Virus record (IMG/VR): IMGVR_UViG_3300008265_000001
Source: a virus
Direction: 5' to 3' (one strand)
Length of the DNA stretch: 64,000 nucleotides
Shown here: piece after piece, positions 35,699-43,740 of the stretch
Layout of the letters: each line of letters opens with the position of its first letter
Numbering within the stretch: position 1 is the stretch's first letter
Translations under genes and position numbers: made by a program
Notes under the pieces: generated by a model
The model's input: only the letters and a program-made list of their open reading frames with translations
Database searches by the model: none
Told to the model about the DNA's origin: nothing

Positions 35699-35778
35699 AG
35701 CCAGTCGCGGGAATCGAACAAACCGCTATCTGTTGGTTATGAGCCAACCGTGATTATTATCCATGTCACTCCACTGGC
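35699..35778 (-). tRNA. tRNA-like element with a CAU anticodon (Met or Ile2), aberrant T-stem; possibly a pseudo-tRNA
   Basis: Minus strand: GCCAGTG-GA-GTGA-CATGGATAATAA-TCAC-G-GTTGG-CTCATAA-CCAAC-AGATA-GCGG(TTT)G-TTCGATT-CCCGC-GACTGGC-T. Canonical anticodon and T loops, but a 3-nt bulge in the T-stem, G8, a 7:66 G.G pair and a 12-nt D-loop. Confidence 0.35.
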
Positions 35779-35827
35779 ATTTATTAATATAACACAATAT
35801 TATTGACTTACATATCTATCTTAAGGA

Positions 35828-36244
35828 CTATTCTGCAAATTCTCCATATTTCAAGTATTTTTCCAAAGCTTTGTGTGAGGCAATATATTCTTTACGCAAT
35901 CGATGAAACTGTTTGTCAGCAATCTCGTTGAAATGACTATAACAAAGGAAGCAGTAGCTAAATCCCTCGTTGTCGATACGGTCGTGAAGTGCTTGCAAAT
36001 CTTCGTCACTAAGGTTGATACTAGTAGATTCCACAAGCTCTACAGTATTAACATTTAGTCTTGCAGGAGTAGTTTCACCGTTAACCCAATATACTTCAAA
36101 ATGACCACCAGCTAAATTAGCTTCATCGTAGTCAGATACTGTACCAACTGTACCTGACGGAATTAAAGCTTCACCGTAGACTATTTGTGCAATAGCTACA
36201 ACTTTGTCGCCTCTGTTTATTGACATATTATCTCCAAGGAACAA
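35828..36244 (-). CDS. hypothetical protein (likely start at the MSINRGDKV ATG, 36226)
   Basis: 138-aa ORF in the minus-strand operon. Confidence 0.5.
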   Translation of the reverse strand: MFLGDNMSINRGDKVVAIAQIVYGEALIPSGTVGTVSDYDEANLAGGHFEVYWVNGETTPARLNVNTVELVESTSINLSDEDLQALHDRIDNEGFSYCFLCYSHFNEIADKQFHRLRKEYIASHKALEKYLKYGEFAE

Positions 36245-36284
36245 ATTTCATAACAAGCAAAATTGCCAAAATCCAAGTAATCAC

Positions 36285-36479
36285 TTATTTTTCCTCGTCA
36301 GGTGCAACTTCGTAAACTTCAGAAATCAGTAATCTATGCTGACCGAACAAAGACGTGCCAACATTTATTTCTATGTCCGTAGTGTGAAATTCACCTTGGT
36401 CAAGTCCAATAGTTGCTTCTGGGTATTCTGCTTCAAAAGATTGAAGATATTTGATAAATTCTGGAAGTGTGTATTTCAT
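36285..36479 (-). CDS. small acidic hypothetical protein
   Basis: 64-aa ORF in the same operon. Confidence 0.4.
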   Translation of the reverse strand: MKYTLPEFIKYLQSFEAEYPEATIGLDQGEFHTTDIEINVGTSLFGQHRLLISEVYEVAPDEEK

Positions 36480-36488
36480 AATTACTAG

Positions 36489-37235
36489 TTAACCATAAAA
36501 GCATGAAACATTATATGTAACCAGAGAGGTATCTTGCTGTTCTGGTCGAAAACTGCGGTCTTCGCTGTAAGTTTGTAAATATTGCACATTGCTGCCAAAA
36601 ATGCCGTAAATATCAGCCGTGAAAATTGATTGTCGTTCTGGGAGTTGTTGCCAAGAGGTATTGCTGCTACTTGGGTAGGTTTTGGTAGGTTCTAGGCATC
36701 TGTAGTAGCGATTGGTGTATTTTACTAAACTTCCTTTTGCGAATGGCTCAAAGACGCTGCTAGGACTTGCTCCAAGGTCTGCGAATTGGTCTGTGGGTTT
36801 TTGGATTGTGTTGGTTATAAACTTGCTGTCAACAATCAGAGAATAACGTGGGTCAAACTTGGGAATGAGAAACTCACGAAAATATACGGTATTCAAGGCA
36901 AGCCCAGAATTACCTAGAATTGGATGAATTTCGCTTTTTCGACCGATTTCGCGCCTGTTGATTTTCTCTTTAAAGATTTGTGGAGTGACGGAGCCTGTAA
37001 GTCGGGTTTCTGTGCCGAGACGATTTATGAGTGAAATCGTTGGGCGGTAAGAGGTGGAGGCATTTATGATGTTGGTAAGGGCATAGAGGGGGAAGTGCTT
37101 GTCAAAACTTCCGTTTAAGCTGAAATGGGCATCATTGTCCTCAGCGATGAATAGCGTAGAGAATGGTTTTCCAACTTGGTTTCGAGGAGCGAGGAATGAG
37201 TGACCAGAGACGACTGGGAAGGTGAAATCGGGCAT
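36489..37235 (-). CDS. hypothetical protein with a possible CBM5/12-like carbohydrate-binding motif
   Basis: 248 aa. FAKGSLVKYTNRYYRCLEPTKTYPSSSNTSWQQL fits Y..G..V.Y.g..Y.c......P.....W. The ATG overlaps the RHH-2 stop (TAATG). Confidence 0.5.
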   Translation of the reverse strand: MPDFTFPVVSGHSFLAPRNQVGKPFSTLFIAEDNDAHFSLNGSFDKHFPLYALTNIINASTSYRPTISLINRLGTETRLTGSVTPQIFKEKINRREIGRKSEIHPILGNSGLALNTVYFREFLIPKFDPRYSLIVDSKFITNTIQKPTDQFADLGASPSSVFEPFAKGSLVKYTNRYYRCLEPTKTYPSSSNTSWQQLPERQSIFTADIYGIFGSNVQYLQTYSEDRSFRPEQQDTSLVTYNVSCFYG

Positions 37236-37387
37236 TATTTTGCTGTTGTGTCAGGTAAAGAGTCAATCCAATCCTCAAAAAGACAGGTCATCTTTTTTTG
37301 GCGGGAGTCAGCATAGTTCTTGAATTTATCCATGCGCTTCTCAGATATAACCGCATTAAATCTTTTGCTTTTATCGATATTGCTCAT
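37235..37387 (-). CDS. 50-aa ribbon-helix-helix protein, copy 2; not in the supplied track
   Basis: MSNIDKSKRFNAVISEKRMDKFKNYADSRQKKMTCLFEDWIDSLPDTTAK. Shares DKSKR(L/F)NA and (C/D)WIDSLP with copy 1, plus a 17-nt identical stretch GATAAAAGCAAAAGATT. Confidence 0.55.
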   Translation of the reverse strand: MSNIDKSKRFNAVISEKRMDKFKNYADSRQKKMTCLFEDWIDSLPDTTAK

Positions 37388-37404
37388 TGTTTATGTTTTT
37401 TATA

Positions 37405-37429
37405 TGTTATACTGTATTTATTATACATG
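37405..37429. promoter_or_regulatory. second copy of the 25-nt back-to-back promoter core (TGTTATACTGTATTTATTATACATG)
   Basis: Exact reverse complement of 32894..32918. Confidence 0.55.
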
Positions 37430-37447
37430 AAAGGATGGGTATGTGCA

Positions 37448-38224
37448 ATGGCTGAGACTTGGATATTATATCGAACTACGAATTTGTTGAATGGCAAGAT
37501 TTATGTTGGGGTACATAAAGTATCTGATACCAAGCACTCAAGACGTTATTTAGGTAGCGGAACAATTCTAAAGCCAGCTATTGAAAAATACGGCAGGAAA
37601 AATTTTACTAGGACTACATTGGCAGAATTTAATAATTGTAAAGATGCCTATAAAGCTGAAGCAGAAATGGTTAATGAGGAGTTCCTTAAACGCACTGATA
37701 TTTACAATGTAAAACTGGGAGGGGAGGGTAGTGTAGGCTTTAAACCTACCGAGCAGACTAAAATAAAGATGAGTATTGCAAACAGAGGGAGAGTTGCTAA
37801 CGAAGAACAAAAGCTAAATTACAGCAGAGGTCAACTTGGTAATAAAAAATGGTTAGGTAAACACCATACGGAGGAGTCTAAAGCGAAAATCAGTGCTGCT
37901 AACAAGGGACATACACGCACTGTAGGTAAAATTTTAACTCCAGAAAATAAAGCTAAACTAATAGCTTCAAATATAGGTAGGGTTAAATCCAAAGAAGAGA
38001 TTGAAAAACTCAGGGTAGCTAATAGCGGAGCAAATAACTCTGGAAGTATAGCAGTTGTGATAAATGGGGTATATTATCCTACAAAAAAATTTGCAGCCGA
38101 AGGGGAAAAAGTAGTTCCAGCTACTGTATCGGACAGAATTAAAAGTCCTAAGTCGAAATGGGATGGTTGGAGACTGGCTACTGATGAAGAAAAATCTATC
38201 TATGGTTCTAGTACGCTAGAATAG
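37448..38224 (+). CDS. GIY-YIG homing endonuclease with NUMOD3 repeats (copy 2)
   Basis: MAETWILYRTTN..NGKIYVGVH. A 48-nt stretch (37474..37521) is identical to copy 1 (32803..32850, minus strand). Start moved to the ATG at 37448. Confidence 0.8.
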   Translation: MAETWILYRTTNLLNGKIYVGVHKVSDTKHSRRYLGSGTILKPAIEKYGRKNFTRTTLAEFNNCKDAYKAEAEMVNEEFLKRTDIYNVKLGGEGSVGFKPTEQTKIKMSIANRGRVANEEQKLNYSRGQLGNKKWLGKHHTEESKAKISAANKGHTRTVGKILTPENKAKLIASNIGRVKSKEEIEKLRVANSGANNSGSIAVVINGVYYPTKKFAAEGEKVVPATVSDRIKSPKSKWDGWRLATDEEKSIYGSSTLE

Positions 38225-38251
38225 ACTAATACTTTAATATAAAAACTAAAA

Positions 38252-39781
38252 ATGCCTGTCGCAGAAGAAGCCATACAATTAAGCTTATTAGAAGACCTAG
38301 ACGATTCTTTGTTGTTTGCTGGGACTCCTACTCCAATGGCAGCACTTCGCCAAGGGCAATATACGAGCGAGTACCAGAGCCTCACGACAGACGCACTTGC
38401 ATCGATAACTCACCCTAACGAAAACGAGCGCCCTCCACTGAAATTGCTCAGCGAGATGGCAAACCGCGACCCCATAGCTGCCCAGTGTCTAGCTTTCAAG
38501 GCACTACGCGCCCAAAATTCGTTTGGTTCATACGTCCATCCTAAGAAAGAGATAGAAGCTTTTGTAAATAGCAATCTCAAAACTCTCCCTAAAAGTTTTA
38601 AGAAAATTCTGTTTCAATTATTCTCCTCAGTCATCCTACACGGTGTCGCGGTCGCAGAATTTACAAAATCATCGAAGGTGCGAGGATATAGGGGGCAGTG
38701 GCGAATTGCGAATATTAACGTATTAAATCCTGAAAATATCATTAGTTTCGGAAAAACGATAAATAAGGGTGGGCATATAGAATTTATCGAGTACGACAAT
38801 GGAAATGGAAAAATAGTGAAAATTCCATATCAGAAATGTCTGCATATTACGAATAATTCAGGTTCCGCCTTTGACCGCATGGCTGTTTGGGGTATTGGTG
38901 ACGGTCTGAGCGCTCTGAATTATTACAAATTAAAAAAAATTGTGCTCACACATCTAGCTCTCCGCATCAAAAACGACAGCGAAGGTCTACTCTGGGCAAA
39001 AACACCTAACAACGGCACAACCACAATGGTTGATACCCAAGGTAACGTCAAAAAAGATTCCAAGGGCAAGCCACTTCAATTAACAAAACAAGCTGCTCTC
39101 AGTCATCAACTAAAAGACATTCAAAAACGCGGATTCATTGTTACTGACAACGATGTTGAACTCAGCCGCATCCAAATTCAAAACACCAGCGAAAATCACT
39201 TCAAAGCGCTAGAATACATCGACAGAGGCATTCAATCAAGCTTTGCTATACCTTCGGGCATCTTTGACGTTAATAGTGGCTCAGGCACAACAAATCTAGG
39301 TAACAACGGCTTTGGTCAAAACTTCAAGATGACCTTTGACTCGACAATCTTTGCCTTAACAACCACACTCAAACACGAAATTATCCACAAGATGATTCGT
39401 GGCTTATTGCACGATAACTTCCCTTCCAGTTGGTTCAGTGAAGATTGGGGCGAGTTTGTATTCGATGTCGAAGAAGACCAAGCAACAGTTAACGGTCGTC
39501 TTAGCACCATCACCTCTCTCATTGCATCTGGCATTATCCCTGCTGATGACGTTGAGGTACTTGGGCTTATCCGTAAGAATCTCGGATTACCTTCGCTTGA
39601 CGATGAGGAAAAACGCAAAAAAGAAGAAGACGCGCTCAAGGCTGAGGTACAAAAAGAACTTGAGAAACAAAGTCAGGTACTATCCTTACAGGCTCAGATA
39701 AATCAGCTTCAGGCTCCTCCTGCACCGCCAGAAGGACAAGCTGAACAATATCCTCCTCAAGAGGGAGGTCAAGAAGGTTAG
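38252..39781 (+). CDS. portal protein candidate (DUF935/Mu gp29-like pattern)
   Basis: 509 aa. RDPIAAQCLAFKALRAQ..., HGVAVAEF, WGIGDGLSALNYYKLKK and a coiled-coil acidic/Pro-rich C-terminus. Judged by eye only. Confidence 0.5.
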   Translation: MPVAEEAIQLSLLEDLDDSLLFAGTPTPMAALRQGQYTSEYQSLTTDALASITHPNENERPPLKLLSEMANRDPIAAQCLAFKALRAQNSFGSYVHPKKEIEAFVNSNLKTLPKSFKKILFQLFSSVILHGVAVAEFTKSSKVRGYRGQWRIANINVLNPENIISFGKTINKGGHIEFIEYDNGNGKIVKIPYQKCLHITNNSGSAFDRMAVWGIGDGLSALNYYKLKKIVLTHLALRIKNDSEGLLWAKTPNNGTTTMVDTQGNVKKDSKGKPLQLTKQAALSHQLKDIQKRGFIVTDNDVELSRIQIQNTSENHFKALEYIDRGIQSSFAIPSGIFDVNSGSGTTNLGNNGFGQNFKMTFDSTIFALTTTLKHEIIHKMIRGLLHDNFPSSWFSEDWGEFVFDVEEDQATVNGRLSTITSLIASGIIPADDVEVLGLIRKNLGLPSLDDEEKRKKEEDALKAEVQKELEKQSQVLSLQAQINQLQAPPAPPEGQAEQYPPQEGGQEG

Positions 39782-39849
39782 GGTTTGTGTTATATTAAGT
39801 AGATACGATTTCTGTATTCATAAAAATAATTTGTTTCATTACACGTGAA

Positions 39850-39884
39850 CCCCTCTAATTAGTTTTAGAGGGGTTTTTCTTTTG
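39850..39884. terminator. bidirectional rho-independent terminator between convergent genes
   Basis: CCCCTCTAA-ttagtt-TTAGAGGGG, followed by TTTTTCTTTT on the + strand. Confidence 0.7.
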
Positions 39885-39885
39885 T

Positions 39886-40734
39886 CTAAGCCATGAACTT
39901 AGTAAAAGTCACACCTAAGATTGGAAAATCCTCTTTAGAGTAGACGGCAACTTTAGCTTGATTGCCGTTGATAATGCGATACCCACGCTTAATAGGTTGT
40001 TGGCGCAAAGTTTTGTACGTCTCTGCAATTGCACGACCTAGACCAAGCATTTTACCTCGTTCAAGACCGCCAGCAAGAATGCCCTTCTCTTGAGCAAGCC
40101 ATTCGGTCACACTCCAAGTACGCTCGTTAGCTGGGGCAAGAATGTAGTCCGAATCCTCTTTTTCAAGTTCAGCAAGTTCGATTTCTTCAAAAAGAACATT
40201 AAGTCCTTTCATGTGATTATCAGCAACTGTCTTTACAGTACGCCAAGATTTCACCTCTTTTGTTAGCGACTCGACGTTTTGATTGGTTGAACGGACATCA
40301 GCAAGAAGGGCATTGAGAGTCTCGTTTAAGCTGTGATGACTCATTGAATCTGAAAATCCAGTAACTTTTTTGACCCAACTTGTGAATCCCATTTCTAGGA
40401 ATTTATCCAGAGAACGTTTAGCAATTTCAGTTGGTGTCTTGGCATCTGTCGCGTAATGCTTGATAACTTGTGCAGCTACTCTAGCGGTAACAATTCTAGC
40501 ACCTCTCACGCCAGTTAGAGACTGGTGAAAAATCTCATCTGCAAAGGGTTTCAGCGATTCGGGCAGTGTTTTAGAGACACCTGAAAACATTTCACTTAAA
40601 TAGCCCCGACTAATACCACAGAGCCTAGAAAGCCCTGCAATAGATACCCCTGCTTCAGTGCCGTCATTACTCACATAAAACTCAATACCGTTTTCAGCGA
40701 CAATTGGTTTTACTGTTTCGATTTGTGCATTCAT
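39886..40734 (-). CDS. 282-aa putative DNA-binding / antirepressor-like protein, paralog B
   Basis: See 26154..27002. Confidence 0.6.
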   Translation of the reverse strand: MNAQIETVKPIVAENGIEFYVSNDGTEAGVSIAGLSRLCGISRGYLSEMFSGVSKTLPESLKPFADEIFHQSLTGVRGARIVTARVAAQVIKHYATDAKTPTEIAKRSLDKFLEMGFTSWVKKVTGFSDSMSHHSLNETLNALLADVRSTNQNVESLTKEVKSWRTVKTVADNHMKGLNVLFEEIELAELEKEDSDYILAPANERTWSVTEWLAQEKGILAGGLERGKMLGLGRAIAETYKTLRQQPIKRGYRIINGNQAKVAVYSKEDFPILGVTFTKFMA

Positions 40735-40764
40735 AAAAATAAGTTAGTGATTGACTACCTAATT

Positions 40765-40773
40765 AATATAGCA
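40765..40773 (-). promoter_or_regulatory. extended -10 (TGCTATATT on the minus strand) for paralog B
   Basis: Aligns with TGCTATAGT upstream of paralog A, and both are followed by GTA(A/G)TCAAT...TATTTTT..ATG. Confidence 0.45.
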
Positions 40774-40798
40774 CACAATTTTATAAACCGCACAATAA

Positions 40799-40875
40799 AT
40801 TTTTGTCCGAACGCCCTTTCCTTGTTCAGTATGACTTTCAAGCTATTTTTGTCCTCTAAATGCGCGAACGCCCTT
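40799..40875. repeat. two copies of ATTTTTGTC+CGAACGCCCTT, the second split by a 12-nt insert
   Basis: Copy 1 is contiguous at 40799..40818. Copy 2 is 40844..40852 plus 40865..40875. Confidence 0.7.
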
Positions 40876-41029
40876 AGCCTTCTTTTTCTGCCTCTGCTTG
40901 CTCTTTTTTCTTTCTGACGTATTTTTTAGTTTCTTTCTCTACAACAGGACTGATTAAATTTTGTAGCCCTGTTTGATAAATATTTGCAAAATTGCTATTA
41001 GGTGCAGCAAAGTAAGTAAAGTGTTTCAT
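40874..41029 (-). CDS. small 51-aa ORF not in the supplied track (MKHFTYFAAPNSNFANIYQ..., Lys/Glu-rich tail)
   Basis: ATG lies 7 nt after the stop of the FN3 gene on the same strand. Confidence 0.4.
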   Translation of the reverse strand: MKHFTYFAAPNSNFANIYQTGLQNLISPVVEKETKKYVRKKKEQAEAEKEG

Positions 41030-41036
41030 AATTCTG

Positions 41037-43736
41037 TTATGGAGTAGTATCGATTGTTACAGTAGATGAGTAGTTTGAGATTTTGTTACTATTGAACCCG
41101 TAGATTCGGGCAAAGTATTGAATTGTCCCGCTTAATCCAAATATAACAAATTTGTTATCGGCACTTCTTGTAACACTAAGCTCTTCCAAAATAGTAAAAG
41201 TATTTGCACGACTAATTTCAAGTGTGTAATCAGTTGCATTACTTACTTGCGAAAAAGTTAGTTCTGCCTGACTCTCATCAATTATATTGACATTAGTGAT
41301 ACTTGGCGCAGAAGAAATAGCAAGCTCAGTGTACGGCTCAGCAGGTGTATTGATTGTCAGTGTAGTTGATGGCGAAGCAGTGCGATTAGTTCCGTCATAT
41401 CCATAAGCACGTAAATAATATGTGCGGTTAGGCTTAAGTAGCAGTTCTAAATTATTGGCTTCGCTTTCAATATAGGTGTTGTCAAGCGTAAAACCACTAT
41501 CTCGCGCCAAATTGAGTAAATACTTGGAATAACCACTTAACACTATGCTTGCTCGGTCAAAATCAGCGCTTCCGCTAAGAGCTACTGTAGGAATCGTAAG
41601 AGATGCAGTGCTAGGTTCTTCTGTATCACTAAACAGATTAGTTTTGAATAAGTATGGTATAGAAACGTTCGAGTTTGAGTCATAAATTAGTACCTGATAT
41701 TGTGTGTCAGCAGAAAGAGACTCGAATGTGTAGCTATTAACATCCCCAACATTTTTTGGGAACGTGAAGCCACTTAGAGGCACATAATTGCCAGTATCTA
41801 GCACTTTTAGTTGGACGCTATACGAAGTAGCTCCAGCACTGCGTTTCCAGAGGGCAGAAAAGGAGGTTTTTCCAATTATGCCTTTATAGACCGCCAAAGC
41901 TGATGTATTGACTGTATTGGAGTAAATGCCCCCATTAAAGTTGCCTCGGATATAGTAATTGGTACTAGAGTCGAGCAAATTTTCTACATTGAAGCTGCCA
42001 TTGTCTGCTACGCTCCTCGGATACCCCTTTAGCAAGAATTTGAAGTCAGAGTCAGTACTAACTTCGAGATTGTTGAGGTTGTACGTCCAAGTAAGTAGAT
42101 TTTTAGCTAGTTGCAGTATGGGGGCAGCAGCTTTGGTGGTGAATGTCTGTATCGCAGTTGTTTTTGTGTCTCCAGATGCAGTCTTACCAGTGATTGTGTA
42201 GCTGTAATTGCTGCTCGGCTCCAAAAATAGGTCGATTGTATGTGTGTTGGTGTTGCCGAGACTCTTGTTACGATAGAAGTTGACTCCTAAGTAAGCATTT
42301 GACTCAGTTTTCCACACTGAAAGCAAATAATCTGTGTAGCTACCATTTAAAGTCCACCCAATGACTGCCGAAGTATCGGTAATGCTAGTTGTAGCAACTC
42401 CAGTGATGCTTGTAAGGGCTGCTGAGGTCGTTGTAGTGACTGAATTGGAGTAATCTGAGGACTGGCTTGAATTGAGCGCCCTAATACGTGAATAGTATGT
42501 AGTTGCAGGGCTAATTCCTTCATTTAGTAGCAAAGACCCAACATTGCCAACAATAGTTGAATAAGCAATAGAAGCAAAAACTGATGAAGTACTTAATTCA
42601 AATAAATAACGGTTGGCGTAACTGCGTAAAACCCACTGAAACAAAATGCTTCGAGAAGTGATTGTTGTTGGAGTTAGTAATTGTGGAGGATTCAGTGACG
42701 AGTTAAGTGAAAGAGTAGCGACAATTTGAGTAGCTGAATATGCAGTTGTTTGCCATACAGAAATTGCCCTGACTCGAACGTAATAAATTGTATTTGCCGT
42801 TAGTCCTGTGAAATTGGCAAAGTTATTTTTGGTAGTTACGGTTTGAGTAATAACACTAAAATCTGAAGTTGCTGAAATCTGGATACTGTAACTATCCGCC
42901 AAAGTCACTTTGCCCCAGTATGCAGAAAAAGAACTTAGGTAAATGTCGGTAATATTACTAATATTGGGAGTTGCAAGGTTCTGGAATTGCTCGTCGTAAG
43001 TTAGTGCGTCATGGAGCGTCGTAAAAGTGACTACATTGCTGTTTGCTGACGTAGTTGTGCCATCGGAAGCTCTGACACGGTAATAGTATTGAGTGAGCGC
43101 CGTAAGTGACCCTATATCGCGAAAACTAACATCTCCAGCGTTGACATTGTTGAGGATTAGTGAAGTGAAAGCGGCATCGGTTGCCAAATCTACAAAATAA
43201 GTGGTAGCGTCAGTTACTTTGCCCCAATTAAGTCGAGCCGCAATAGCTGTGAGATTAGTTGTGCCTAAAGCATCGGAAATGGGGAAGTTTGGTATGGTTG
43301 AGAGCGAAGCAGAAGTCCACGCCGAAAGTCCAGTTGCATTAGAGAAGCGTAAACGATAATAGTAGAGTGTGTTTGCCGTCAAGCCGCCAATAGTGAGTGC
43401 TATAGTTTCTTTTTCTGTCCCAACTACGTTGCTGCCAAGCAAGAACGTCAAATTGGAGTAAAGTGGTGCGCTGAAATCGGCATTTACTGATACGTCTAGT
43501 TTTAATTCTTTTATGTACTCATTAGGTGCAGATTTTTGTATTTCTATTTTTAAGGAACTACTGTTTTTTTCTGCTGCTATTATTATTGGTTGAGAAGGTG
43601 ATGGAGGCGTAACGCCAATACCAAGTGAGGATGCAGGAGTAGTTACCGATACTATGTTTGAGTATGCAGATTCACCATCAAGATTGACAGCTTTAGTGCG
43701 GTAGTAGTAGGTAGTTGAAGGTTTAATTAAAGTCAT
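41037..43736 (-). CDS. 899-aa protein built from about ten tandem FN3-like repeats
   Basis: A periodic ~90-aa unit, each ending in a (T)xYYxR(V/I)RAxxxxxxSxxSxxV-type motif (YYYRTKAVN, YYYRLRFSN, YYYRVRASD, YYVRVRAIS, YYSRIRALN, and others). Confidence 0.7.
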   Translation of the reverse strand: MTLIKPSTTYYYRTKAVNLDGESAYSNIVSVTTPASSLGIGVTPPSPSQPIIIAAEKNSSSLKIEIQKSAPNEYIKELKLDVSVNADFSAPLYSNLTFLLGSNVVGTEKETIALTIGGLTANTLYYYRLRFSNATGLSAWTSASLSTIPNFPISDALGTTNLTAIAARLNWGKVTDATTYFVDLATDAAFTSLILNNVNAGDVSFRDIGSLTALTQYYYRVRASDGTTTSANSNVVTFTTLHDALTYDEQFQNLATPNISNITDIYLSSFSAYWGKVTLADSYSIQISATSDFSVITQTVTTKNNFANFTGLTANTIYYVRVRAISVWQTTAYSATQIVATLSLNSSLNPPQLLTPTTITSRSILFQWVLRSYANRYLFELSTSSVFASIAYSTIVGNVGSLLLNEGISPATTYYSRIRALNSSQSSDYSNSVTTTTSAALTSITGVATTSITDTSAVIGWTLNGSYTDYLLSVWKTESNAYLGVNFYRNKSLGNTNTHTIDLFLEPSSNYSYTITGKTASGDTKTTAIQTFTTKAAAPILQLAKNLLTWTYNLNNLEVSTDSDFKFLLKGYPRSVADNGSFNVENLLDSSTNYYIRGNFNGGIYSNTVNTSALAVYKGIIGKTSFSALWKRSAGATSYSVQLKVLDTGNYVPLSGFTFPKNVGDVNSYTFESLSADTQYQVLIYDSNSNVSIPYLFKTNLFSDTEEPSTASLTIPTVALSGSADFDRASIVLSGYSKYLLNLARDSGFTLDNTYIESEANNLELLLKPNRTYYLRAYGYDGTNRTASPSTTLTINTPAEPYTELAISSAPSITNVNIIDESQAELTFSQVSNATDYTLEISRANTFTILEELSVTRSADNKFVIFGLSGTIQYFARIYGFNSNKISNYSSTVTIDTTP

Positions 43737-43740
43737 TGTA

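Noticed and set aside
37298-37447. 50-codon N-terminal extension of the GIY-YIG-2 ORF (37298..38224)
   Set aside because: Same reasoning. It overlaps RHH-2 and the 25-nt promoter core, and the paralog alignment begins at MAETW (37448).
40723-40917. 64-aa + strand ORF in the gap upstream of paralog B
   Set aside because: It starts inside the minus-strand gene and is Leu/Phe/Ser low-complexity. Its apparent internal repeat (NALSL) merely reflects the CGAACGCCCTT DNA repeats. The region is better explained as a promoter/operator plus a minus-strand 51-aa ORF.
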